Of a stretch of DNA of 56,160 nt, positions 37,501 through 46,100 are shown piece by piece (position 1 is the first letter of the stretch; every line of letters begins with the position of its first letter). Where the stretch lies: contig NMRA01000037.1 in NCBI GenBank assembly GCA_002633005.1, positions 857,664-913,823 on the forward strand, given 5' to 3'. Position numbers and translations under genes: made by a program. Origin of the DNA: Phoronis australis (taxonomy: Eukaryota; Animalia; Phoronida). The notes beneath the pieces are model-generated. The model was not told the origin of the DNA, did no database searches, and saw only the letters and a program-made list of their open reading frames with translations.

Positions 37501-40087
37501 CTTTTTTTCTGAATTATCGTATCATTTTTGTTTTATGTAACTTTTGAATATTTTATTGAAAATCGCTAACTCCTATTTCTGTAGCTCTGATGCGAAACTG
37601 AAACATTTCAAAAAAATCCTACCAGTGTTTTCAAGAACAGTTCATAAAGTATACTGTCACAAAGTTTCGTAAATCCAATCAACCATTTCTGAGATCTGAT
37701 GTTTCGAACTTAACCAACTGCTTTATCAAAAAGTAAAAAGCATTGTTCTCTGTTCATGAGTAGACACGTATGCTTTTATATTTCGTAGAAACCAGCGGCA
37801 GAGGGCGGTGCCGTTCAGCCTTTCACTCCAATTCCCTTGCCTCCAGCATCCAATCAGTGGAAGGTAATGTTCTAAATCTGTTCAGATGCGGACACAAACC
37901 TTAACACGCTCCACACAACTATATCTGAAAAATGATTGTTTAGTGAAACTTATTATTAATAAGCAAAAATACAACAAAATCTATGAGGACTGCTTGTTAC
38001 TGAGATAGTTTCTATCAATCATTTGTAGACTGTGATGCACTCATAATAACTTTGCTAAACTTTTAATCACCAATTGCGAAGTGGAAGCGTAACACCAAGT
38101 CTCTGTTTTAACTTGTCAAGTCACCTTCATGAAACAGACCCTTGCAATTGGTCTAAAATTGCTCCCAATGCCATGTTCAGGTGTGGGACTTAGGTAAGAA
38201 GGATGATGGGACATCTGAGACCCGAAGTCAGATGAGGGCCGAAGATGAGCATTCACAAACTAACGGGTTGTATGTGCCATGATGATTGTACAATTAGTAG
38301 AATAACTTTAGTACGCCAAATGCTAATATTCTGGCCAGTCAAGTGACTAACCACAAATCACGTCATTGGAATGTAGTCCTTGTGGTAAGATGGGTGGTTT
38401 GAAATGGTGCAAAGTAGTTGTGTTGAAATCATAGATTTAGTCTGCTGCATTCAAAATGGCTAATATCGCGAAAAGTACCAGAGTTTCAAAGGGGAAACGA
38501 AGTTAACTAACATTTTGCAGATCTCCGGGAAACAAACTTGTCAGATTACTGTTGGTAGCTACTGTACTTTGATGTCATTCATTTCTTCTTTTTTTCTATT
38601 AATTTGTTATTTCCCGTATTTTACTGTCGAACATATTCCAGTTCTGTGGGTATCTTGGGCACTGTGATTTTCTCAGCCCAATCTGAGTTTTATAATGTAG
38701 CGCTTTTTCATGAAACTTCAATCCATAATCGCTGCTTGTTGTATGCTACTGTCAAACCCATAGTCCTGCAAGAGATATTATTACAGCTTCGAAGACTAAT
38801 ATCCGAGTGTCTCGTGTTTGCAGGTGTCGTCACCTCCACAGGAGCTCAATGAAGTTTTTCAAGAAGAAGAAGACCCTTGCATCATATGTCACGAGGAACT
38901 GGTCACCCATCATCACGTTAAGTTGAGCTGTGGCCACAGATACCATTTAGATGTGAGTTATTGGTAGTGCAAGTGAACTTTTGCGTGTATTTAGGAACGC
39001 TGGCTGGGAAGTAGTTCGTGCAACATCAGTTCAAACTGCATTTCACCCCGTTTAGCTGCCAAAAATTGAATTAGGTCTTTTTCTCTAAAAAAAATCGTGA
39101 ATATTCCTAACTGTGATTGGATTCTATTTCCGTTACCAACTTGAGATGCAGGCAATGCATACATGTGTCATTTTCAAATTTACAAATTTAGGTTTGGCCA
39201 ACCTCAATAAACTTTAAGCATCTTCGTGTGTAAGTGATGGTTTTAATGTTCTTGGAATCGCACCATTACTGACCAGGATTATTATAAGACTGATTTTTTA
39301 GTCAGCTAAACTGGGCAAAATACAGCTTGATATTCTCGTCCAAGCTGATGAACTATGAACTCTGAACTTATGTAATACACTCTTCTGGATGTCATATCTT
39401 CTTGAGGTGACAAAAAAATTAGCAGTCGTTGTTCCAGCTTTTCGAAACATGATGCATGTTTATACGTCGTGAATACAGCTGGCTTTTTCCATAGTGGATG
39501 TGAGCTGGTGATCTGTGGTTTGGGATGCCCTAATTTGTTAGCCCGGGCACGGGTATTAAGTCCCATGAGCCATTCTTGTAAGTGCGGATTAAAGTTCACG
39601 AGCCATGTTGTACAGGTAGCCGACAGTGATCGGATGTTATGTGCCGACTTTTTAGAACCATCGTGTTGCCCGTTGTTCAGGGGAGAAAACTGGTTTTCAA
39701 ATGCGGGCATGTTATATCCGATTATTGTCTGCGCAGCCAGGGTAGAACTCAGTTACGCTAGGTCCTCGCTAAAAAGCAAGACCTTGCGAGATTACGCGAG
39801 ATATTGCCATGCATTTTAAATGAGAACTCTTGATTTTGGCTAGATTTTAGCGAGGTTCTTGCATTACTGAACTCTATGCAGGTGTCCACGTCTGTCTTCC
39901 ACCATACAGTTAGAAAGCAAATATATGCAAGTCCAGTATTCTTCATGATGGAGTTTGAGCCGTATTCACCAAATGTTCTCTGTTGCTGTTGCAGTGTATT
40001 CGTCAGTGGCTGAACACCAACAGTACGTGCCCCACGTGCAGGGTTCACGTTTTGCTGGACGATGAGTTCCCGTCTCTGGGTAAATGA
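4338..40087 (+). CDS. TTC3: TTC3/DZIP3-family E3 ubiquitin ligase (TPR, Cys-rich TTC3/DZIP3 domain, winged-helix-like domain, coiled coil, C-terminal RING-H2); multi-exon, 5' end not found
   Basis: Phase-consistent GT-AG exon chain: 4338-4500, 6265-6352, 7095-7225, 8616-8670, 8971-9025(uncertain), 9151-9233, 9641-9735, 10077-10194, 11011-11152, 12204-12394, 12624-12674, 13218-13358, 14061-14141, 16539-16769, 17116-17238, 18063-18164, 18386-18478, 19021-19094, 20165-20445, 21862-21944, 23272-23363, 24351-24503, 26254-27448, 30416-30543, 30966-31034, 32058-32142, 33422-33525, 33919-34021, 35411-35524, 35972-36174, 37120-37246, 37789-37863, 38824-38952, 39995-40087 (TGA). Translation resembles recalled human TTC3 (e.g. 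[71 protein letters not shown]). Confidence 0.9.
6265..6352 (+). CDS. TTC3: TTC3-like exon
   Basis: AG/GTAAGT; LKKVELME motif. Confidence 0.75.
7095..7225 (+). CDS. TTC3: TTC3-like exon
   Basis: ttacag/gtaagt; open frame KGKDTPGMTVMLDLLQGC...; phases fit neighbours. Confidence 0.6.
7439..7539 (+). mobile_element. Helentron-associated (HINE/DINE-1-like) element start, runs into the gap
   Basis: TTTTTATGCGCCCACATAT hairpin followed by a (GTCC)n microsatellite. Confidence 0.5.
7540..8135. other. assembly gap (Ns)
   Basis: run of N. Confidence 1.
8616..8670 (+). CDS. TTC3: possible TTC3-like exon
   Basis: tgtag/gtggat; open frame LKVDSLNKSDKENATSRK; phase fits, no homology support. Confidence 0.4.
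8683..8883. repeat. degenerate ~65-bp tandem repeat x3
   Basis: gatttgacc.tcatggcatt...tggtc.cac...tgtaagtgact...agaggccaa recurs. Confidence 0.6.
8971..9025 (+). CDS. TTC3: possible TTC3-like exon (3' boundary uncertain)
   Basis: Strong ttttcag acceptor; needs the weak gtgtaa donor to stay in frame with 9151. Confidence 0.35.
9151..9233 (+). CDS. TTC3: TTC3-like exon before the TPR
   Basis: cttcag/gtaacg; CEHITEWVQYNKDLVKQFEEEL, similar to human YHITKIVMEDCNLLEEL. Confidence 0.75.
9641..9735 (+). CDS. TTC3: TTC3-like exon, TPR1
   Basis: NSEMMKNSGNDNFKKGNYLKAITSYNKAI TPR motif; AG/GTAAG. Confidence 0.9.
10077..10194 (+). CDS. TTC3: TTC3-like exon, TPR2
   Basis: [35 protein letters not shown]. 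Confidence 0.9.
11011..11152 (+). CDS. TTC3: TTC3-like exon, TPR3
   Basis: GWYRYAEAYFEMGSLEEAKAVNERAQEAC. Confidence 0.9.
12204..12394 (+). CDS. TTC3: TTC3-like exon (acidic linker)
   Basis: ttaag/gtgagt; open frame, phases fit. Confidence 0.7.
12624..12674 (+). CDS. TTC3: TTC3-like exon
   Basis: cacag/gtatgc; DDPPDLVTDSDTADEMK. Confidence 0.7.
13072..13133. repeat. (ATT)n/(GTT) microsatellite
   Basis: direct. Confidence 0.85.
13218..13358 (+). CDS. TTC3: TTC3-like exon
   Basis: QGSQALLDERFRSA, similar to human DGYMALLEQRCRSA. Confidence 0.85.
13401..13508. mobile_element. ~110-bp palindromic MITE-like element (copies at 31474-31577 and 34798-34900)
   Basis: Long imperfect inverted arms gtgccc.cattttgagaacca / tggttctcaaaatgtgggcac in three dispersed copies. 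Confidence 0.65.
13828..13863 (-). mobile_element. tRNA-derived SINE head fragment
   Basis: Reverse complement gaaggtcccaGGTTCAAGTCCCggttggggcg is a B-box/T-arm; no full cloverleaf. Confidence 0.45.
14061..14141 (+). CDS. TTC3: TTC3-like exon
   Basis: tttcag/gtaagt; IDYLVFQYAFSIAEIG. Confidence 0.85.
14175..16521. repeat. ~1.18-kb tandem duplication inside an intron (14175-15347 / 15351-16521)
   Basis: Colinear near-identical units with SNPs/indels and no N at the junction. Confidence 0.9.
16539..16769 (+). CDS. TTC3: TTC3-like exon, TPR4
   Basis: LAYYGLGKAYVRQNRY...[13 protein letters not shown]. Confidence 0.9.
16789..16850. repeat. 14-bp tandem repeat (gatgtgttgagaac) x~4
   Basis: direct. 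Confidence 0.85.
17116..17238 (+). CDS. TTC3: TTC3-like exon, Cys-rich domain
   Basis: [31 protein letters not shown]. Confidence 0.9.
17300..17341. repeat. (GT)n-type microsatellite
   Basis: direct. Confidence 0.7.
18063..18164 (+). CDS. TTC3: TTC3-like exon, Cys-rich domain
   Basis: [20 protein letters not shown]. Confidence 0.9.
18386..18478 (+). CDS. TTC3: TTC3-like exon, Cys-rich domain
   Basis: DFLGGTCFTPDCPG. Confidence 0.9.
18528..18820. mobile_element. MITE-like element, inverted homolog of the element inside the 1.18-kb duplication (~14310-14571)
   Basis: Imperfect TIR taggc..aaaagcgtattggattct / agaaccaactatgctttttggcctt; shared core aactcgttttgagacctgc vs gcaggtctcaaaatgagtt. 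Confidence 0.55.
19021..19094 (+). CDS. TTC3: TTC3-like exon
   Basis: ttttcag/gtaatt; phases fit. Confidence 0.75.
20165..20445 (+). CDS. TTC3: TTC3-like exon (basic NLS-like stretch, poly-Ala/poly-Thr)
   Basis: ctgcag/gtgggt; PKKLSKKQRKKEQKRAAAAA... Confidence 0.8.
21862..21944 (+). CDS. TTC3: TTC3-like exon
   Basis: ttgtag/gtaatc; phases fit. Confidence 0.7.
22194..22673. mobile_element. MITE-like element
   Basis: Imperfect TIR gcaggtcatcagttgcgacctg ... caggtcgtaaaggcaacctgc. Confidence 0.45.
23127..23250. repeat. 26-bp minisatellite x~5
   Basis: tacttttgtctggtacta(c/t)gtttgat repeated. Confidence 0.9.
23272..23363 (+). CDS. TTC3: TTC3-like exon
   Basis: cgtag/gtaggc; KSKQKKKKKEKAQKVLTLDEF. 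Confidence 0.7.
24351..24503 (+). CDS. TTC3: TTC3-like exon
   Basis: cttcag/gttggt; PFAVPKE...IKENLF. Confidence 0.75.
26254..27448 (+). CDS. TTC3: TTC3-like large exon (winged-helix-like domain plus low-complexity region)
   Basis: YFKGILEANGPL...FPPEARKVISDCGGLENLL, similar to human YFSQFLEEHGPL...FPEETRQILEKAGGLKPFL; contains the 343-aa ORF. Confidence 0.9.
26962..28058. repeat. 548-bp direct duplication across a single N (27510); probable haplotype overlap
   Basis: 26962-27509 matches 27511-28058 with ~4 SNPs. Confidence 0.9.
29793..30285. mobile_element. PIF/Harbinger-like MITE
   Basis: TAA-GGCCCTTTCATA...TATGAAAGGCCC-TAT; internal repeated ttcatactg motifs. Confidence 0.6.
30416..30543 (+). 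CDS. TTC3: TTC3-like exon, coiled coil
   Basis: ttttag/gtttgt; heptad-like. Confidence 0.75.
30966..31034 (+). CDS. TTC3: TTC3-like exon, coiled coil
   Basis: ttttag/gtaagt; LSDELEDKTKKLNEMTEKI. Confidence 0.75.
32058..32142 (+). CDS. TTC3: possible TTC3-like exon
   Basis: gtaagg donor; weak acceptor, but phase 2 to 0 bridges the neighbours. Confidence 0.55.
32501..32744. repeat. 40-bp minisatellite x6
   Basis: agtgtgat(g/a)ctatttgttgcttatatctcag(a/g)ccagtatc repeated. Confidence 0.95.
32793..33004. mobile_element. ~210-240-bp MITE family (copies ~34041-34256 and ~52865-53101); TIR related to the 2528-3033 element
   Basis: caggacttggaat...ttccaagccctg; shared internal tttcctcttattt..ttccagttt and ttgtggaa motifs. 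Confidence 0.65.
33422..33525 (+). CDS. TTC3: TTC3-like exon
   Basis: ttttcag/gtgagt; IEVLKARLESAK. Confidence 0.8.
33919..34021 (+). CDS. TTC3: TTC3-like exon
   Basis: cacag/gtacac; QWSQQIAMLEKQL. Confidence 0.8.
35411..35524 (+). CDS. TTC3: TTC3-like exon
   Basis: EAYDGQILLVQSGRPLSSLP, similar to human QFEEQIKAIKNGSRLSEL. Confidence 0.85.
35536..35549. promoter_or_regulatory. RFX X-box-like palindrome (intronic)
   Basis: GTTGTCATGGCAAC, one mismatch from GTTGCCATGGCAAC. Confidence 0.3.
35972..36174 (+). CDS. TTC3: TTC3-like exon
   Basis: cacag/gtaagt; ends SFVRIKAFLQQKYPTLT. Confidence 0.8.
37120..37246 (+). CDS. TTC3: TTC3-like exon
   Basis: LRAKNNNSMSGLTLQHVVDGVSQL, similar to human VRSKNKNSLSGLSIDEIVQRVTE. 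Confidence 0.9.
37789..37863 (+). CDS. TTC3: TTC3-like exon
   Basis: cgtag/gtaatg; Pro-rich, ends QWK. Confidence 0.7.
38824..38952 (+). CDS. TTC3: TTC3-like exon, RING-H2 first half
   Basis: EEEDPCIICHEEL...LSCGHRYHLD. Confidence 0.92.
39995..40087 (+). CDS. TTC3: TTC3-like last exon, RING-H2 second half and stop
   Basis: CIRQWLNTNSTCPTCRVHVLLDDEFPSLGK*. Confidence 0.92.
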   Translation, partial: CIRQWLNTNSTCPTCRVHVLLDDEFPSLGK

Positions 40088-40786
40088 CTCCAGTCTTGCG
40101 TCGCTGACTTTGATTGGGAAAATCGTTGTTTAAGAATAGCTTAGTCGTTAGTGGGAACATGTTCTATATGTTCTTGGGTAATTAAGAGTTGAAGCTTGCC
40201 ATTAAGGTATTGTTATGATTATATTGATATGGCGTGTTTTACTTGTAGCTTATTCTGTTTATTGCTTTATCTTCAATTGAAAAACTTGGAAAAAAGTAGC
40301 AAAAGTTGGGATTTGACATATAACAGTGTTGCTTATATTTTACGAGCTGTGTTTCTTTCTGTCATAAACGGCCAACATGACATTTAAGATTTGTTCTTCA
40401 TTAATTGTGAACTTAATGACTATAAATATTCTGTATTTTTTCTCGTGCATAATATACGCCATCACGACACATTATGTTTATACCGGCTTCACAGTTTACC
40501 TGTCAATGTGTCCATATGTGACTTCGTAGCAATTGTGAAGTAGACCGTAATGTTGAATATGGCTCTTGAGTCGAAGTGCACGTTCTGACCTTGCAGTGTG
40601 CAGCCATTGTGAAAGCATACGGTGACGGCTTGTGTTGCCACGTGTCGCATTATAAAATTATTTTTTATCTAAAGATTAACACTTTTTAAAAACTTTCGTA
40701 CTAACTGAAAGTTTTTTTTTAATACATTTATCGCCCAGGCAACATCACGTAGCCAGTCTGAGGTTGGGTGCCTCAGTTCTGGCTTT

Positions 40787-40831
40787 AATAAAAGTATATA
40801 ATAGTGACTAATAGATATATAAGGCAATAAA
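40787..40831 (+). terminator. candidate polyadenylation signals of the TTC3-like gene
   Basis: AATAAA at 40787 and 40826 followed by a GT/T-rich tract; further AATAAA at 41460 and 42164. Confidence 0.4.
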
Positions 40832-41045
40832 ATGTAGTTGTTTCATTGTTTTGATTTCTAGACATTCTCTAAGCTTCCTCTGAAAATGTTTTAATAATTC
40901 ACAGTCTTCGCATATATTACAGATTAACTTGTCCGGATTTACTTAATTTCTTTTATTATACATTTTGGTACTTACTTTTTCTATTCAATGCTCAAGTGTG
41001 CCGAGAAAAGATGTGCTTACGAGTGCTGAGTTCATTTTTGAAAAC

Positions 41046-41244
41046 GGGTTTTTAGTTCTATTTAGTATGTTCTAGTCATCGACTTCAAGGCATTGATGAT
41101 TACTAGTTACTAGTACGTAGTCAGTAGCTGTTAACTTTAAGTTAGGGTTTTTAGTTCTATTTAGTATGTTCTAGTCATCGACTTCAAGGCATTGATGATT
41201 ACTAGTTACTAGTAAGTAGTCAGTAGCTGTTAAGTTTAAGTTAG
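41046..41244. repeat. 99-bp tandem repeat x2
   Basis: gggtttttagttctatttagtatgttctagtc... repeated with 2 differences. Confidence 0.9.
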
Positions 41245-42203
41245 CTTTGATTGTGCTATATGTTATACTTGTCATAGTTGTTTTAACTGGAACTGCATGT
41301 GGAGAGAGTCCTGTGGTAGGTTATAATCTACCTCTGGTAACGTACACGCTTGAGGGACTTCTGATTGAGGTGTTTTGACTTGGTCAACTTCGCCGTAGTA
41401 AGACCTTCGCTTCTGTATTTCACGTTTTTATTCACGAGTGTACGTTTGTCTAGTACCCAAATAAAAATAGTTTCTCTCAGAAACTCGTCAATTGTCTCCT
41501 TTAAAACTGCCTACTGATTGGAGTAGGCCTTTTTGGGGTCACAGAACCCATTGGATAAAAGATGCTTTTCTCTACAGTAAATTGTTGCTCTAAAAAACAT
41601 CTGGAGTGTTATTGTACTCTGATTAGTTATATTGAAAAAAGAGAGAAAAATTGTCATCAAATTTATGAACCTGAGGACTGTCCAAATCTGAAAACCGTTT
41701 GTATCTTAATATCATACCACACCCTGTTTTGACGATTTCAGCCAATCCTCTTTCCGTCACCTGCTAATGCATCATTGGCGTCAATGTTGAAAGCAGGAAT
41801 CAACTAAAAACTTGCCGCAGATTGAATATTATGGTTCTTGGTGTGTGTTTTTTCCTTACTGCTGCCTCCTAATTCACTAAAAGCATAGGTCATGCTTGCC
41901 CATTTAGCAGATTTTGAAAGTTTTTGATTTTTCTTCCAAATTATTGAGGATTGTCGAGGGTTATAGAGCATAATTTTTTCAGGGAATTGGATGGAAACGT
42001 CATTTTTGGTATCCTTTCAGTGAAGGGTTATATCTAAATTTGATGCTATTCATCGCCACTAGGGTGCGCTCATGTATACATTACCAGTGGTAGATTCAAT
42101 GTTAGCAGGAAGTCCATGTTTGCAGGATGTTAACATTGCTTACTGTACTTAAGTTGATATCCTAATAAACAATAGTTTTGTGACATTATGTATTCTTCTC
42201 TGT

Positions 42204-42275
42204 GCCTATGTGGCTCACTGGTTAGAGTGGTGGGGCTGTCAATCAAAAAATGCAAGCTCAATCCCAGCTCGTGTA
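42204..42275 (+). mobile_element. decayed tRNA-derived SINE head
   Basis: A-box TGGCTCACTGGTTAGAG and degenerate B-box agctcaatccc. Confidence 0.4.
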
Positions 42276-42465
42276 GTCATATGGACTATGATATTGAGCT
42301 ATGCACTTATCGTGAATTTGGAGCTTTTCAAATTTCTTCCTAGGTAAATTTCTTCCTATGTGAAAAGTGTTCCAATTTCGTCACGACGTACTTTTTCCCA
42401 TGGAAAATATTTATTTCAATATTATTATGAATGCTGGCTGAGCAAAAACACAATTAGTTAAATAA

Positions 42466-42471
42466 TTTATT
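42466..42471 (-). terminator. candidate CFAP45 polyA signal
   Basis: AATAAA on the - strand ~400 nt after the stop. Confidence 0.4.
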
Positions 42472-42866
42472 CAGCTTTCCTCATAAACATTCTGATACAG
42501 CTTATGTAATAATTGAAAATCTTCAACCAGAAGTGGTCGTATTTTGTAAAAACTACGCAAGTCTTGTGTTACTGAAGCCTATAGTTCGTGTTGGGACTCA
42601 GAACGACTTATTACAATATTTACACATGCTTATTTACAACTTCTTGCTAGAGAATAATTTTGTTCATAGAGTAACTTGTGTCTCTGACAAGCGCAAATGT
42701 CATGTACTAAATTAGTCAAGAATCTATGAACTTAAGAAAGTAAGTACACTGATATGTACACCTTGCAGATAAAAGTTTAAACAAAATAAACGGACCTCAA
42801 CAACATGTGCCTTTGAACACAACAGAGACCCCACCCCACGCTATCCCCCATGTCCCCTGTACCCCC

Positions 42867-43170
42867 CTATGTACAGAACGTATGCTGAGGTTGATTCACT
42901 TTCCTCTCAACTTGCGACAAGTACTTGTCTGGTATCCCCGCCGCCTTCAGCTCCATCAACTTCTTCTGTTTCACCTCGTCCAGCTTCTGTCTCCGTTGTC
43001 TGGCCTCCTCGTCCAACTTAATGCCCTCTTCGAAGAACGCCGCCCGCTGAGTGATGCGATCCTGTTCCTTCTCGTGGATCTGTTCACGCACTGCCGTGGC
43101 GTGAACCTTTTGCCGTTTGTGAAACTCCGTCTCCTCTCGTTTTTCCTTTTCAACAAGCTCCTTCTGGGCC
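42867..43170 (-). CDS. CFAP45: CFAP45 last exon
   Basis: RAAFFEEG...KKLMELKAAGIPDKY...TAG. Confidence 0.93.
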
Positions 43171-46100
43171 CTGGAACATCAATGTATATTGTTAACATAA
43201 CGATTCAAAATCCATCAACTCTAAAGGGAAATGAGTAGACTACCATCTCTAGAAACCTAAACTGAGCAGCAGATCAATCTAACTGTAAGCCTGTACCACG
43301 TCGTATTTCAAAGCTGTGCTATCCACATGCCACTTTTAATTAATATTGCTAAGAATGCCAACATTAATTCTTCACATCTTACTTCAAAATACTATTAAGG
43401 CAACCTGTTTTTATAAAATATACAGCATGCATGTAAGGAATTTGATCTCTGTATCTCGATCATCAATTTTGCCAGAAAAGCGGTGGTATCGACTCTCCAT
43501 AATACTATAACCGTGCTGTCATATCACCTAACATTGCTGATTATTTGTATTCTACATGAAACTAGTGAGATTCAATACAAATTCTTGAGAGTTATCGATA
43601 TATTACCTCATTGGCTACCACTGAGAAAGAGGAAAACAATTGTGAACTTAGGCTTGCTATGTTCGAAACATACAAAATGGAGAATATGCTTATAGCAAAA
43701 TCTCTCCACTTTTGGACAAAAGATTTGCCACAAACTTCATTTTTTCTATTATTGAGGTCTACCCGTATTGTTCAAAATACTTTCAGACGGCAGCCATAAT
43801 ACAGAACTTTTTAGTGCTAGGAATCCAAGTAAAAATAACCCGTAGTTTTAATGGTCCACAATGTATTATGTCCTAAATTGAGGCAATTTCACCATATTAA
43901 AGAGACAATGTGCCAAGACCCAAACTAGAGACATTGTGACCTAGTAGGATACTGAGGGACCACTCCCTTCCTTTACTCAAGGGCGAGTCGTGTTAGGGTA
44001 CCTGCTACTTGAGTCGGGTCTCTAACTCCTCAGTTGGGTTTTAACTATATATTAATAAAATATAGAAAAGTTCCAGGTGATCTGTGCAGTCAGCCCATAT
44101 GCATGACCTTTGCAGGTCTGGTACAGCGTGTATCAGACTGTATGCAATTATTAATATAAAGACCCAAACTACTCACAGCAAAACTCGTTCAAACTCCTTC
44201 CTCTCCCTGTTCGCCTGCACTGCCAGAAAGTGTTCTTTCTGTTCCATCTGTTTGGCCCGAGCCACTTTCAACATGGCCTCCGTTTCCTGTTTCTTTCGAG
44301 CCTCCTCAGCCTCCTTCTTGCGCCACTCCCGTTCTGTTCTCTCCTGGGCGCGCTTCGCTCGCAGCGCATCGCGCTCGGCTTGCTCGTCCTTTGCACGCTC
44401 CTGTAAACTTCGTAGCCTGGCAACCTCCTTCTCCTTCTCAATTCTGATTCGCTCTTGTTCACGCTCCAATGCGGCCTCTCGTTCCTGAAATAAAACATAC
44501 ACATGTAGTTTACAACAGATCCTAATGGCATACATAGCTGCAGTTCCACTTCATTGGTAAACTTACTGGTCACATGGCTTCACAGTATTGGTAAAGACTA
44601 AGCTAAAGCTGGTATTAAAACTTGCTTTAACTATAGAATCGAGCGGAATTAAATATGAGCTTTCAATAGTGAAATACCAACCGCTTTCTGTTTCTGGAAT
44701 TCAACAACTTTAAGGTCCATTAGCCTCTCTTGTTCCTTCTTCTTCTCTTTTCTAAGAAGAATTTCTTGATTAGCCGTATTCAGTTGTTCCTGGAAATAAG
44801 TTTAGTATAAATATATACTTTGTAAACTCTAAATTGACAACAACTGGTATTATTGTTCCTATGCCATTATCATGCCCATGACATTTACGTAAACACCACA
44901 TGACAGTACAACTTAGTAATCAGGAATACCAAAACTACATCCAAGAACCTGCCTGTGGGTGATACCATAATCCTCTGTCAACTATAACTCTTAGGTTCCA
45001 ACAAAGCACTAAGAACGCAAGGTGAACTCACAACATTACCCGAAAATAGCAACAAAAACTTTCTAATTTGGAAACAAATTGCACAACCAAAAATCAAATT
45101 TGCAGTCTGGAAATGCATTTTACAATTGCTCTGTGAAACCTTCCAAGAGACAACGTACAAGCAATTAATCCGAACGGGCAGTTGATATGTGATCGATTTA
45201 CAACACCCTGACACAAACAATTAACCTTAGGAGAGCATATTTTACATTTGATTTACGTTATCCATCTTCCCATACCTTGAGTTGCTCCTGCTCTACTTTC
45301 TTCTTGATCTTCTTCTCCATGTCTTCCTCTGTCAGCTTCTCAAGATACTTTTGCATCTGTATGTTCTCCTGATCCTTCATTTCCAGATCGTACTCCCTCT
45401 CTTGTTCCTTCTCCTGGATTTGTTGCATCACCAACATCTTGCCCAGGAGACGCTCTTCCTTGCGCCGGTTCTCGATCTCCTCCTGCATGGCGACGGCGTT
45501 CTGTCGCTCCACCTCCATCATGGTGTCCAGTCTACGCTCTTCATCTTTCATCTCCTTGCTGATCTGTCCTTTCTCCAGCACTTGAGCATCGCGGATGGCG
45601 TGACATTTGGCGTTGAGAATTAGCTGGAGGGAATAGGTATACTTACAGGAACTTTGTTTTAGCAAAAGACATTGAAGAATAGGTCAACTAGTGTACTACA
45701 AGCGCATGCTCACAGATGGCGCTGCACCCTTAGGCATCAAGCATAAACAAGAAGAAGAAAGAAATAGAATTAATGCACTGTATGTTTCATTCACAGTTGC
45801 TTTTGTCAAAGACAGCAGAATAGTTAATATCATATGCTAATTATGTGTTAAATCATCAACTTTTAAATTGTCATTTCAAATTGCAGTTCAATGGTTTTTG
45901 TTTTTATGTTACATGCCCTAGAACAGATTGTCAAAAGTACTTACTGAATCTTGACCATAAGTTCAAACTTAGAGTTGAGCTGGAAATGATTCCATGGTAG
46001 CGTCTCTTAATTCAAGCTTTAGTTCCCTTAAGCACAGCCCCAGACCAGCAAACACCAAACCCATGGTACAAATTCCATACACCCCCCCCCCTAACCCCCC

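Noticed and set aside
38181-38270. Possible extra TTC3 exon (VWDLGKKDDGTSETRSQ...)
   Set aside because: No good phase-0 donor to join the RING exon; 37863 joins 38824 in frame without it. It could still be alternative.
42807-45623. Plus-strand Leu/Ser-rich ORFs (42807-43238, 44084-44488, 45282-45623)
   Set aside because: Antisense shadows of CFAP45 coiled-coil exons.
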